From an uncultured virus (IMG/VR IMGVR_UViG_3300020196_000019) (lineage: Duplodnaviria; Heunggongvirae; Uroviricota; Caudoviricetes): 64,000 nt of DNA. The translations under genes were made by a program, and so were the position numbers. The stretch lies in IMG/VR virus record IMGVR_UViG_3300020196_000019; one strand, 5' to 3'. The notes beneath the pieces were generated by a model. It saw only the letters and a program-made list of their open reading frames with translations. It had not been told where the DNA came from and did no database searches. Every line of letters begins with the position of its first letter. The stretch's first letter is position 1. This document shows, one piece after another, positions 57,316-64,000 of this stretch.

Positions 57316-57371
57316 CATTACTACGTAATGTCACGCAAATCGACTTCAACCGCAACCTAGGAGGTACAATG
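57316..57371 (+). repeat. Early element copy 8
   Basis: CATTAC-TAC-GTAATG tcacg N12 AACCGCAACCTAGGAGG. Confidence 0.9.
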
Positions 57372-57803
57372 AGCAACCAAACTGACGAACAAAAAATGGA
57401 ACAACTGGCTAAGATTCTCACGGACTTTGCCGAAAATAACAACATCCCGCCCTACTTACGCTGGGGCTTGCAGGTGCTATTCGTGGCGGGTAGCGACAGC
57501 ACCGAGCGTAGCAACGTGGTAGCAGGGCTAATGAGTGTGGGGGAACGAGCCTTCGACAAAGCCATCGAGAAGATTAAAGCCTCGGGCGATGCGGAGGGAG
57601 GGGAGAAGCTGATTAACGACAAGGCACAGATGCTCAAGATGGCTATGGCCATTGACCTTGCAGGGGCGATGGCATCCCTATTGAAAGGCAAGCTGGGCGA
57701 GGCTGGAAAAGACGTGATAGTAGCCGTTGCTTCCGAACCCTCGAAACCCGAAGCAGTCTTCCCGTACAAAGGCAAGGATAACCCCTTTGCAGGGAGGAAC
57801 TAA
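57369..57803 (+). CDS. Early hypothetical protein
   Basis: 144 aa after the element. Confidence 0.7.
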   Translation: MSNQTDEQKMEQLAKILTDFAENNNIPPYLRWGLQVLFVAGSDSTERSNVVAGLMSVGERAFDKAIEKIKASGDAEGGEKLINDKAQMLKMAMAIDLAGAMASLLKGKLGEAGKDVIVAVASEPSKPEAVFPYKGKDNPFAGRN

Positions 57804-57820
57804 AATAAGACGTTTAACCA

Positions 57821-58093
57821 ATGAAACAAAACCATATTGAAACTCTCGATGCGATACAATGGAAGAAGTGGCAAAGTATGATGGAATCTTTTTCGCCTAG
57901 GTTGCAGAACGTGTGTCGTTCGGCGGGCTTGTTTCTTTGTGGGCGTATGTGGAAAAAGGGACACGGCGTTAGCGGTAGCGACATCAACCATCGCCTCTTC
58001 GATCTGTGGCTTTTTTGTGACACGAACACTTACGAGTACTTAGGCAGATGTGTAGAGGTTGCCTTTGAACAAGGAGGAACTGATGAGCAATAA
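57821..58093 (+). CDS. Hypothetical protein
   Basis: 90 aa ORF. Confidence 0.5.
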   Translation: MKQNHIETLDAIQWKKWQSMMESFSPRLQNVCRSAGLFLCGRMWKKGHGVSGSDINHRLFDLWLFCDTNTYEYLGRCVEVAFEQGGTDEQ

Positions 58094-58409
58094 ACCGATG
58101 GCTTCCATTGAGCCAGCCTTCACGACCAAGGATGGAGGGGAGATTCGTGCTGTCCTACACAAAGACGGCTCGCCCGATGACGGGTATGCCTATGGAAACC
58201 CCGCCTCTTCCCACATTCTCACCGACTTTGAGACGGAGGGAAACTTGGGCGTGGTGCGTCTCGGACTTACCAAAACTACGTGGGGGAGTTTATTCCTCAC
58301 CAACTACCAAGAGATGTACCTAAGTGTGAGTGAGGCCAAAGACCTTGTGCGTCACTTACAAAATGCCATCTATGACGCAACCCCAACAGGAAAGGCTACC
58401 GCAGTATGA
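58083..58409 (+). CDS. Hypothetical protein
   Basis: AGGAGG RBS before MSNKP. Confidence 0.6.
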   Translation: MSNKPMASIEPAFTTKDGGEIRAVLHKDGSPDDGYAYGNPASSHILTDFETEGNLGVVRLGLTKTTWGSLFLTNYQEMYLSVSEAKDLVRHLQNAIYDATPTGKATAV

Positions 58410-58612
58410 ACGAAAAGAAAAAGTATGTTGTCTTCGCTGAATGCACTTCCTACTACTCAATGGAAGTAGAGGCGAGTAGTGCAGATGAGGCGAATCGGAT
58501 TGCCGAAGAAAGTGACGGCGGGGAGTGGACAGAGGATTCCAACGGCAAGTGGATTATCAATGACGAACTTACTCACTTAGTAGACACCACAAATAAGGAG
58601 GAGCAGGTATGA
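58406..58612 (+). CDS. DpnD/PcfM-like small protein
   Basis: KKYVV...EVEASSADEA..IA. Confidence 0.55.
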   Translation: MNEKKKYVVFAECTSYYSMEVEASSADEANRIAEESDGGEWTEDSNGKWIINDELTHLVDTTNKEEQV

Positions 58613-58743
58613 AAATAAACCAAATCGAAACCAATGAGCTACGCAAGCTCAAGGAAACACTCGAGGGCAAGAATCAACAGGAGTCCGTGTACTTCCGTCA
58701 CGTAGCGGAGGAACTGGCTCGCCGTACGGAGGTACAGAAATGA
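58609..58743 (+). CDS. Small hypothetical protein (44 aa)
   Basis: AGGAGG RBS, ATGA overlaps on both sides. Confidence 0.55.
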   Translation: MKINQIETNELRKLKETLEGKNQQESVYFRHVAEELARRTEVQK

Positions 58744-58916
58744 TCTTCGAGCGTGGCGAGTACAAGGGCAACCCAATGCTCATCATCAAGCGGGACGAGA
58801 AAGACCGCTTCCCTTTCAGCCTTGGCCTCAAGAAAGCCGAGATGTTGTTAAAGGAGGATGTGCAGAAGGAACTTGAGAAGTTTGTTCTCGATAACACGGC
58901 GGGAGAAGCACCCTAA
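58740..58916 (+). CDS. Small hypothetical protein (58 aa)
   Basis: MIFERGEYKGNPMLIIK...FPFSLGLKKAEMLL; GGAGG RBS. Confidence 0.6.
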   Translation: MIFERGEYKGNPMLIIKRDEKDRFPFSLGLKKAEMLLKEDVQKELEKFVLDNTAGEAP

Positions 58917-59137
58917 TGGCTACATTGATTAACAAGCGTTTGTTTAAACAGCATTTGTTGAGCCTGTCGGCTCTCAATGCGTCCAAGCGAAACGAAGCAC
59001 GAAGGGAGATGGGTTTACTGGCGAACCTAAAGCCGTGTACCCGAGTCTCGGAAGAGACCTACAACGAGGCGACTTCTACCTTGTTGAATTGGATGAAGAA
59101 CCACGTCATTGAAACCAAGAAGGGGAAAACACTATGA
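58916..59137 (+). CDS. Small basic protein, possible histone fold
   Basis: LINKRLFKQHL...TRVSEETY...LLNWMKNHV...KGKTL. Confidence 0.45.
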   Translation: MATLINKRLFKQHLLSLSALNASKRNEARREMGLLANLKPCTRVSEETYNEATSTLLNWMKNHVIETKKGKTL

Positions 59138-59280
59138 GCAAAACAAAAACAATAACACCCATAATGGTTGAGGATTGGCTTAAAAGCGAAGCCTGTTCTT
59201 ATCAAATCTTGGCTGACGTGGCAAATGGCAAATTAAAACCTTCAGAGTTAAAAGAAGATATTTCTATTTACATAGATAAC
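59134..59280 (+). CDS. Small hypothetical protein
   Basis: ATGA overlap; MSKTKTITPIMVEDWL... Confidence 0.5.
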
Positions 59281-59294
59281 GAAAGGAGTTCACG

Positions 59295-59483
59295 ATGAAG
59301 AAGCAACCAATCAAAAACTTTATCGCCAAGCTGGAAGCGTTGGCCGATGAGTTGCGGGACTTGCGAGATAGCAAGGTTAATCCTTGCAAAGATGAAAATG
59401 TAGAGGGCGTATGCCCTTGTCACACCTTCGATCAAGCAATTGACCACATCGAAAACACACAACAGATACTTAAAACTCTATAA
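59295..59483 (+). CDS. Hypothetical protein
   Basis: AAGGAG RBS. Confidence 0.55.
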   Translation: MKKQPIKNFIAKLEALADELRDLRDSKVNPCKDENVEGVCPCHTFDQAIDHIENTQQILKTL

Positions 59484-59498
59484 GAAAGGGAAAACACT

Positions 59499-60077
59499 AT
59501 GAGCAAAACCAAAACAAAAACCAAAAAGAAAGTTAATCCGTACGACAGCATTCCATTCGGAGCAACCGAGGAGCAACACGAAGTTCTTCGGGAATGGCTT
59601 GACCTCGATGCAAAGAGCGGAAGCGGATGGAATCCGCATAGCTACAGGGGCAAGAACGATATTCTAACCAAGCACAATCGGAAAGCCCTACAGAGAGCCT
59701 TCGACAAGTATAAGATTAAAAACGTTGTCGTTGAGTTTGATGGATGCGGAGACAGCGGACAAATTGAGCAGGTACTTGTCAATGGAGAGACCTACGAGAA
59801 TAGAGCTTCTCAAACTGCGTACGACTTCATTAGCCACACAGGCTCCACTTATTGCGGAGACGGAACAAGAAACCACGGCTGGGCGTTGAATCCAAGCCTG
59901 TACGATGCCATCGAATCGTATTGCTACGGCATCCTAGAGGGGGAACACGGCGGATGGGAGATCAATGGTGGCTCCTTCGGCAGTTTCAACTTCCAGAACA
60001 AGAATGGGAAGTTTACCTGCACACTCGAAATGAACGAGCGTATTGAGGAGACCCATAGCTCCACGGAAAGCTACTAA
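59499..60077 (+). CDS. DUF6878-like protein
   Basis: VEFDGCGDSGQIE and GWEINGGSFG motifs. Confidence 0.65.
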   Translation: MSKTKTKTKKKVNPYDSIPFGATEEQHEVLREWLDLDAKSGSGWNPHSYRGKNDILTKHNRKALQRAFDKYKIKNVVVEFDGCGDSGQIEQVLVNGETYENRASQTAYDFISHTGSTYCGDGTRNHGWALNPSLYDAIESYCYGILEGEHGGWEINGGSFGSFNFQNKNGKFTCTLEMNERIEETHSSTESY

Positions 60078-60430
60078 TGGCAAACCCCTACCACCACGCC
60101 GTTAGCTCTGCCAAGAAGTGGGGCGGAAAGCCCGAGGACTACCAAGCCATTCACGATTGGTTCGATGAATCAAAGATGATGATGGCGGACTTCCGCCACA
60201 GAGCCTTGCGTCATCACGCCGAAGGGTGCTTTATGGCCGAACGTATCTTCGGGCACACGCTTACCAACGCCCTTGGTAGAAAAATACCTGTCCGCTGGGT
60301 GGCGGAACAGCACGTGAAGGAAGACCTCGGGTTTATCCCATCGATGCAAGATTGGCTGTCACAGATTCAGCCGAAGCCTTGGATGGGTAAAACCCAAAAA
60401 CTACAGGAGGAACTGGCAACCGCCGTTTAA
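60077..60430 (+). CDS. DUF6915-like His-rich protein
   Basis: MANPYHHAVSSAKKWGG...IHDWFDESK...RHRALRHH...EQHVKEDLG. Confidence 0.75.
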   Translation: MANPYHHAVSSAKKWGGKPEDYQAIHDWFDESKMMMADFRHRALRHHAEGCFMAERIFGHTLTNALGRKIPVRWVAEQHVKEDLGFIPSMQDWLSQIQPKPWMGKTQKLQEELATAV

Positions 60431-60435
60431 ACATT

Positions 60436-60720
60436 ATGGACTATTGGGTAAGAACACGAGACCAGATTACAGAAAACAAAAACGAAGACCTCATTGTGTT
60501 CGTTTGGACACGAGAGGAGCTAGAGGCATCCGTGGAGGATATGACGGACGATGAGTGGGAGATGTTTCTTGAGAAAGTTCGGGACACTAACCATCCCGAA
60601 AAACTCGTTCGGCACACGAAGGCGATGAAAAGCCTTCGCCAAGCGGACGTGGACTTGGAAGCGTCTCTGTTTGATTTGGTAGAAGAAGTAAAGAAAGGAA
60701 TAAAGGAGAAAAAAAAATGA
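60436..60720 (+). CDS. Hypothetical protein, paralog of the next gene
   Basis: LIVFVWTREE...MTDDEWE. Confidence 0.55.
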   Translation: MDYWVRTRDQITENKNEDLIVFVWTREELEASVEDMTDDEWEMFLEKVRDTNHPEKLVRHTKAMKSLRQADVDLEASLFDLVEEVKKGIKEKKK

Positions 60721-61001
60721 GTATGATATGCACAAAAAAGAAAATGCTGGAAAGATTGTCCTCCGTAGGGGAAAACGAGAAGATTCTATTCCTGTTTTGG
60801 GAAAAAGCGGAGTTTGATAGGGACATCAAAGGCCGAGAACTTTTTAATTCGGAATGGGAGAAGATTCTTGAAAGCGTTGAAACCGATTCAGCCGATCAAC
60901 TTATTAGCGATCAAATCACCGAACAAGTAGGTGAGATTGCTTGTGAGGAAGAAGTACTAGAGAAACAAATTAAAAGATTCCACAGGAGGAAAAAGAAATG
61001 A
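60717..61001 (+). CDS. Hypothetical protein
   Basis: ILFLFWEKAE...LFNSEWE. Confidence 0.55.
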   Translation: MSMICTKKKMLERLSSVGENEKILFLFWEKAEFDRDIKGRELFNSEWEKILESVETDSADQLISDQITEQVGEIACEEEVLEKQIKRFHRRKKK

Positions 61002-61504
61002 GTATTTGTAAGAAGTTCTTTGCGAAGTATTTGCCCAAGGGTGTGAAGAATAAGTGCAACCAGTTGGGAAAGCGTTATCGCCGTTTGGAAGACAGAGACG
61101 AGCGGAACGATACCGATGACTTCCACGGAAGCGATGAGCCAAGCGAAATCCGCGATAAGATTATCGCGTTGATGGAGCCAGCGGTTAAACGCTACGCCAA
61201 AGATTTGTTCAGTCCGAAGGCGTTGGAAAAAGCTGATTACATCTCTATGGAGGGAGAGTTTGTAATGACCGAATCTTTCGGTGATGACAGCATTGAATTT
61301 TTCTGCGTAAAGCGTAGGAAATTAAAAGGGCATCTGGATGGTCTTGAACAAGGCTACGTGGCAAGCGTACGCACAAGTTATTGGGACGCTCCCGAATGGA
61401 CTTGTGACGATTCCACCGCAGTTCCCACCTTGGGCGAAGCCTTCGAGTGGGGCTTCGGGGACGCTATGGCGTACCATTTTATTAGCGAGGAGGTGCGTAC
61501 GTAA
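60998..61504 (+). CDS. Hypothetical protein
   Basis: 168 aa, ATGA overlap. Confidence 0.55.
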   Translation: MSICKKFFAKYLPKGVKNKCNQLGKRYRRLEDRDERNDTDDFHGSDEPSEIRDKIIALMEPAVKRYAKDLFSPKALEKADYISMEGEFVMTESFGDDSIEFFCVKRRKLKGHLDGLEQGYVASVRTSYWDAPEWTCDDSTAVPTLGEAFEWGFGDAMAYHFISEEVRT

Positions 61505-61528
61505 ATACGTACGAGCTACTTATGCAAA

Positions 61529-61559
61529 TGTCACGAAAAGGGACGGCAACCGCAACCTA
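61529..61559 (+). repeat. Early element copy 9 (hairpin displaced)
   Basis: TGTCACG aaaagggacggc AACCGCAACCTA; hairpin CGTACGTA-AA-TACGTACG at 61496-61513. Confidence 0.8.
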
Positions 61560-61569
61560 TAGGCAAAGG

Positions 61570-61722
61570 ATGAAGAAGACGGAAAAGACTAGGGAGAAGA
61601 ACGCAAAGGCTATCGTGATTGCCCATCTTATTCTTAACGGACAACGAATTAACTTCGGGAGAGACAAAGACCTAAAGCGTAGGACTTCGATTGCTCTCGA
61701 AACAATGATGGAGAGACTATGA
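61570..61722 (+). CDS. Small hypothetical protein
   Basis: ATG after element copy 9. Confidence 0.5.
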   Translation: MKKTEKTREKNAKAIVIAHLILNGQRINFGRDKDLKRRTSIALETMMERL

Positions 61723-62201
61723 AAAATAGACTACTGAACTCTATAAAACACAAATGGCTAAAAGCCGACAAACTCGCAAAGGTTGTCAGGCGAAAGCAAG
61801 CCAAGATCGAGGAGAAGTCTTGTCATATAGAAAGCAATTTAATGAGGATTGAGGAAAAGTATCAAGAGTCGTTGGTAAAAAGCCTAACGAATGGCGGGAA
61901 GTGGGTATTGTCTCCTTCTGATATACTTCGTGAGATTGCAAAGATTCTTACAAGAGAAAAAATAGTTTTTACCATTTACAAAGATAAGAGAAATTCCTCG
62001 AATTGGAATGATCGCTCTCCGTATTTTAATCGAATCACCATCCGTGGTTGTAGTAATGTGGACAAGATCGTGGATAGCTTTGTAAACGTGGAGCTTCACG
62101 CTCTTGCGGATGACGTGATAAATCGTAGAGATTCAAACCCTTCCACGCTTTCTTTTATTGTTAATGATTACTCAAAGGAGGGGACAAATGAAAACAACTA
62201 A
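61719..62201 (+). CDS. Hypothetical protein
   Basis: 160 aa, GGAG RBS. Confidence 0.55.
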   Translation: MKNRLLNSIKHKWLKADKLAKVVRRKQAKIEEKSCHIESNLMRIEEKYQESLVKSLTNGGKWVLSPSDILREIAKILTREKIVFTIYKDKRNSSNWNDRSPYFNRITIRGCSNVDKIVDSFVNVELHALADDVINRRDSNPSTLSFIVNDYSKEGTNENN

Positions 62202-62481
62202 TGCGGACGGACAAGAGCTATGGTTGCTCATAGATAAAAACTTTGAGCCTGTCCGATATAGCAGACCCTTCACCCGCTTTGGAAAAAGGATTATTTTCTA
62301 CACACGAGGAGAAGCACTCAAGAAGCAGAGCTTCGGAATGGGGAAAGCCGTGTCCGTTCGGAAGCTACGAGAGTGGGCGAAAGAAGTGGAAACGTTTAAC
62401 CTAAACGATGCGAAGATTAAAAAAGAGATACTTGATGAAAACCACAAAAATGTTCAAAGGCGTTATCTCCAAAAATTATAG
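62188..62481 (+). CDS. Hypothetical protein
   Basis: AGGAGG RBS before MKTT. Confidence 0.55.
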   Translation: MKTTNADGQELWLLIDKNFEPVRYSRPFTRFGKRIIFYTRGEALKKQSFGMGKAVSVRKLREWAKEVETFNLNDAKIKKEILDENHKNVQRRYLQKL

Positions 62482-62595
62482 AAAACTCAAATGAAAAAGA
62501 AAAAACTTATCGCTATTCATTTAGACACCCTTCAATTTTACCTTGAAGATGCGGAGAAACAATTCCAACCTGTGTGACGCGATGCCAAATTACAA

Positions 62596-62941
62596 TATGA
62601 CTTGGGCAGAAAGAAGGCGAAAAATCAAGAATTGGGAACGATTTTGCAAATCGTTTCATTCCAAGCTTTTTAAGAAAAAGAAAAACGTAATTTATGACGC
62701 TCGTTTAGACATCCTTGAATCTTATCTCAAAGATGCGGAGAAACAGCATCGAGCCACGCTCAAACAGATGAAGCGTCACGGAATCGATCAAGCGTACATC
62801 AACAATGGGTGCAAGGGGGAAATAGAGTGGGGCATCTCTGATTTGAGCTACCAAGAGGGACGCATTGAAATACTTCGGAGGGTAAAAAACCTTCTTATGT
62901 GGGGATGTTTTACGAGCCGACCACCCGACAACAAGGAATGA
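62596..62941 (+). CDS. Hypothetical protein
   Basis: Frame of track ORF 62543-62941; start uncertain. Confidence 0.45.
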
Positions 62942-63246
62942 GAAAACGATCTTCGTTTATACGCCATCAAAGGCAACTGCGAAGCAACAATTCAAACCTG
63001 TGCGACGTGATGCCTAACCAAGACAGCAAGGAGCAACTCCATCTGTTGGCCTTGGCCATTTACGATGCCTTGCAACTTTGCACCGAAATGTCGAAGACCG
63101 AGGGCGTAAATATGGAGACTGATGCCGTATCTGCAATAATGAAAAAGTTTCCTGTCTTCCACCAAGAGGGAGCCCTTCGCATCTACAACGAATGGAAGAC
63201 AGGCAATCCCTTTGGAAGCTGGAAGGCAGTCCTTGAAAAAAGATAG
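62899..63246 (+). CDS. Hypothetical protein
   Basis: Track ORF; true start may be later. Confidence 0.4.
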   Translation: MGMFYEPTTRQQGMRKRSSFIRHQRQLRSNNSNLCDVMPNQDSKEQLHLLALAIYDALQLCTEMSKTEGVNMETDAVSAIMKKFPVFHQEGALRIYNEWKTGNPFGSWKAVLEKR

Positions 63247-63536
63247 AAACGCCGTTTACCACGCCAAACTACGCCGAGACCTGTACATCATTCGGGCGGT
63301 GATTCTGCTTGGCAGAGCCGTTCACTATTGCCTTGTCTTCGGGGTTCTTCGGTTCTTGTGGGGTGGGGATTCTCACAGCGAAAGGGTTAGTTGCCCCACC
63401 GCCTACCAAGTCGTTCAGTTTTACCTTCGAGATTGGCACTTTGCGTTGCACAGCCTTTGGGATTGGTGGTGGCAACTTAACCAAGACCTACCAAAAAACT
63501 TGCGTCTTCCCCCTCTTCCACCCTATCCTCGGAGAA

Positions 63537-63833
63537 ATGAAAGAGGGCGGTAAGGTTGTTTGTATAAACGACGAGTGGCCAGCGGGCATTCTACGATACT
63601 ATACCGATCTTCCCAAGAAGGGTCAGATTTACACCATCCGAACCATTGAGGTCGGAATTGGTTGGGACGGAACCGAAGGCGAGGTGGCAGTCACCCTTCA
63701 AGAAATCGTAAACCCCGTTTCCAAAACCCCACCGCACAGGGAAAGAGGGTTTAAACAAGAACGCTTTGCCGACATAGAGCCTCCAGAAAAGGAGACCGAG
63801 GAGGTCGAGGAGCCTCTGGAAGTTGCTGTTTGA
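63537..63833 (+). CDS. Hypothetical protein
   Basis: GGAG RBS before MKEGGKVVCIND; GQIYTIR...ERGF..ERF pattern. Confidence 0.6.
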   Translation: MKEGGKVVCINDEWPAGILRYYTDLPKKGQIYTIRTIEVGIGWDGTEGEVAVTLQEIVNPVSKTPPHRERGFKQERFADIEPPEKETEEVEEPLEVAV

Positions 63834-63864
63834 CAGCAAAAAACTACGTGATAGTACTTTAGTT

Positions 63865-64000
63865 ATGTCAGTCCTACGCAAATACTTAGTAAAAGTTCCC
63901 CAAAACGTTGTTTTGGTGTTTGAGGTCACAGCAGAGTCTCCCTTAGCAGCAAAAAATCTTGTTGTATCGGGAGATGTGAAAGAAGTTTGGCAAGAGGCAG
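63865..64000 (+). CDS. DpnD/PcfM-like small protein, partial
   Basis: MSVLRKYLVKV...FEVTAESPLAA; preceded by TTGACA-N16-TAGTAC. Confidence 0.45.
   Translation, partial: MSVLRKYLVKVPQNVVLVFEVTAESPLAAKNLVVSGDVKEVWQEA

Noticed and set aside
50453..57330. Element hairpins as intrinsic terminators
   Set aside because: No U-tract follows; the hairpins are followed by the conserved TCACG box
50453..61559. Early repeats as a CRISPR array
   Set aside because: Spacing is irregular (about 280-4200 bp), the intervening sequences are whole genes, and there is no cas operon; the Cas4-like gene is a typical phage replication nuclease
50453..61559. Early repeats as integron attC sites
   Set aside because: No RYYYAAC...GTTRRRY long imperfect palindrome and no integron integrase in the window
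1..64000. Stop-codon reassignment
   Set aside because: Genes are full-length and tightly packed under the standard code, with TAA, TAG and TGA all used as stops
1..64000. Prophage or integration module, or a specific host assignment
   Set aside because: No integrase, clear repressor or host genes in the window; the host cannot be determined beyond probably Gram-negative

Overview
The window is 64 kb of a tailed dsDNA bacteriophage genome with a podovirus-like layout and no obvious host genes. 1-39.3 kb (minus strand) is the virion module, transcribed as terminase large subunit, portal, scaffold, decoration/fibre genes, a glycosyltransferase-like gene, major capsid, lysis cassette, a free-standing PD-(D/E)XK nuclease, nozzle/adaptor, tail-collar and large fibre proteins, and ejection proteins; the last of these runs off the window edge. 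39.4-47.4 kb (plus strand) is the replication module: RuvC-like resolvase, SF2 helicase, Cas4-like nuclease, SSB-like protein, dNTP diphosphohydrolase-like protein, family A DNA polymerase and primase-SF3 helicase, followed by an iteron-like putative origin. A detached terminase-small-like gene (minus strand) precedes a 13.5 kb plus-strand early region of small genes. The most striking signal is in that early region: nine copies of a fixed-geometry element, [6-8 bp hairpin]-TGTCACG-N12-AACCGCAACCTA-(RBS)-ATG. The hairpin stems covary, and in five copies the template strand reads C-GAA-G or C-GTA-G, as in N4 virion-RNAP hairpin promoters. The elements split the region into gene cassettes, and one gene is flanked by a perfect 72-bp direct repeat. 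Other signals include a second RBS-hairpin repeat, a tRNA-minihelix mimic, a candidate histone-fold protein, apparent CATG/CCWGG avoidance and leaderless sigma70-like promoters. All product calls come from motif recognition and synteny by eye; no database search was run.
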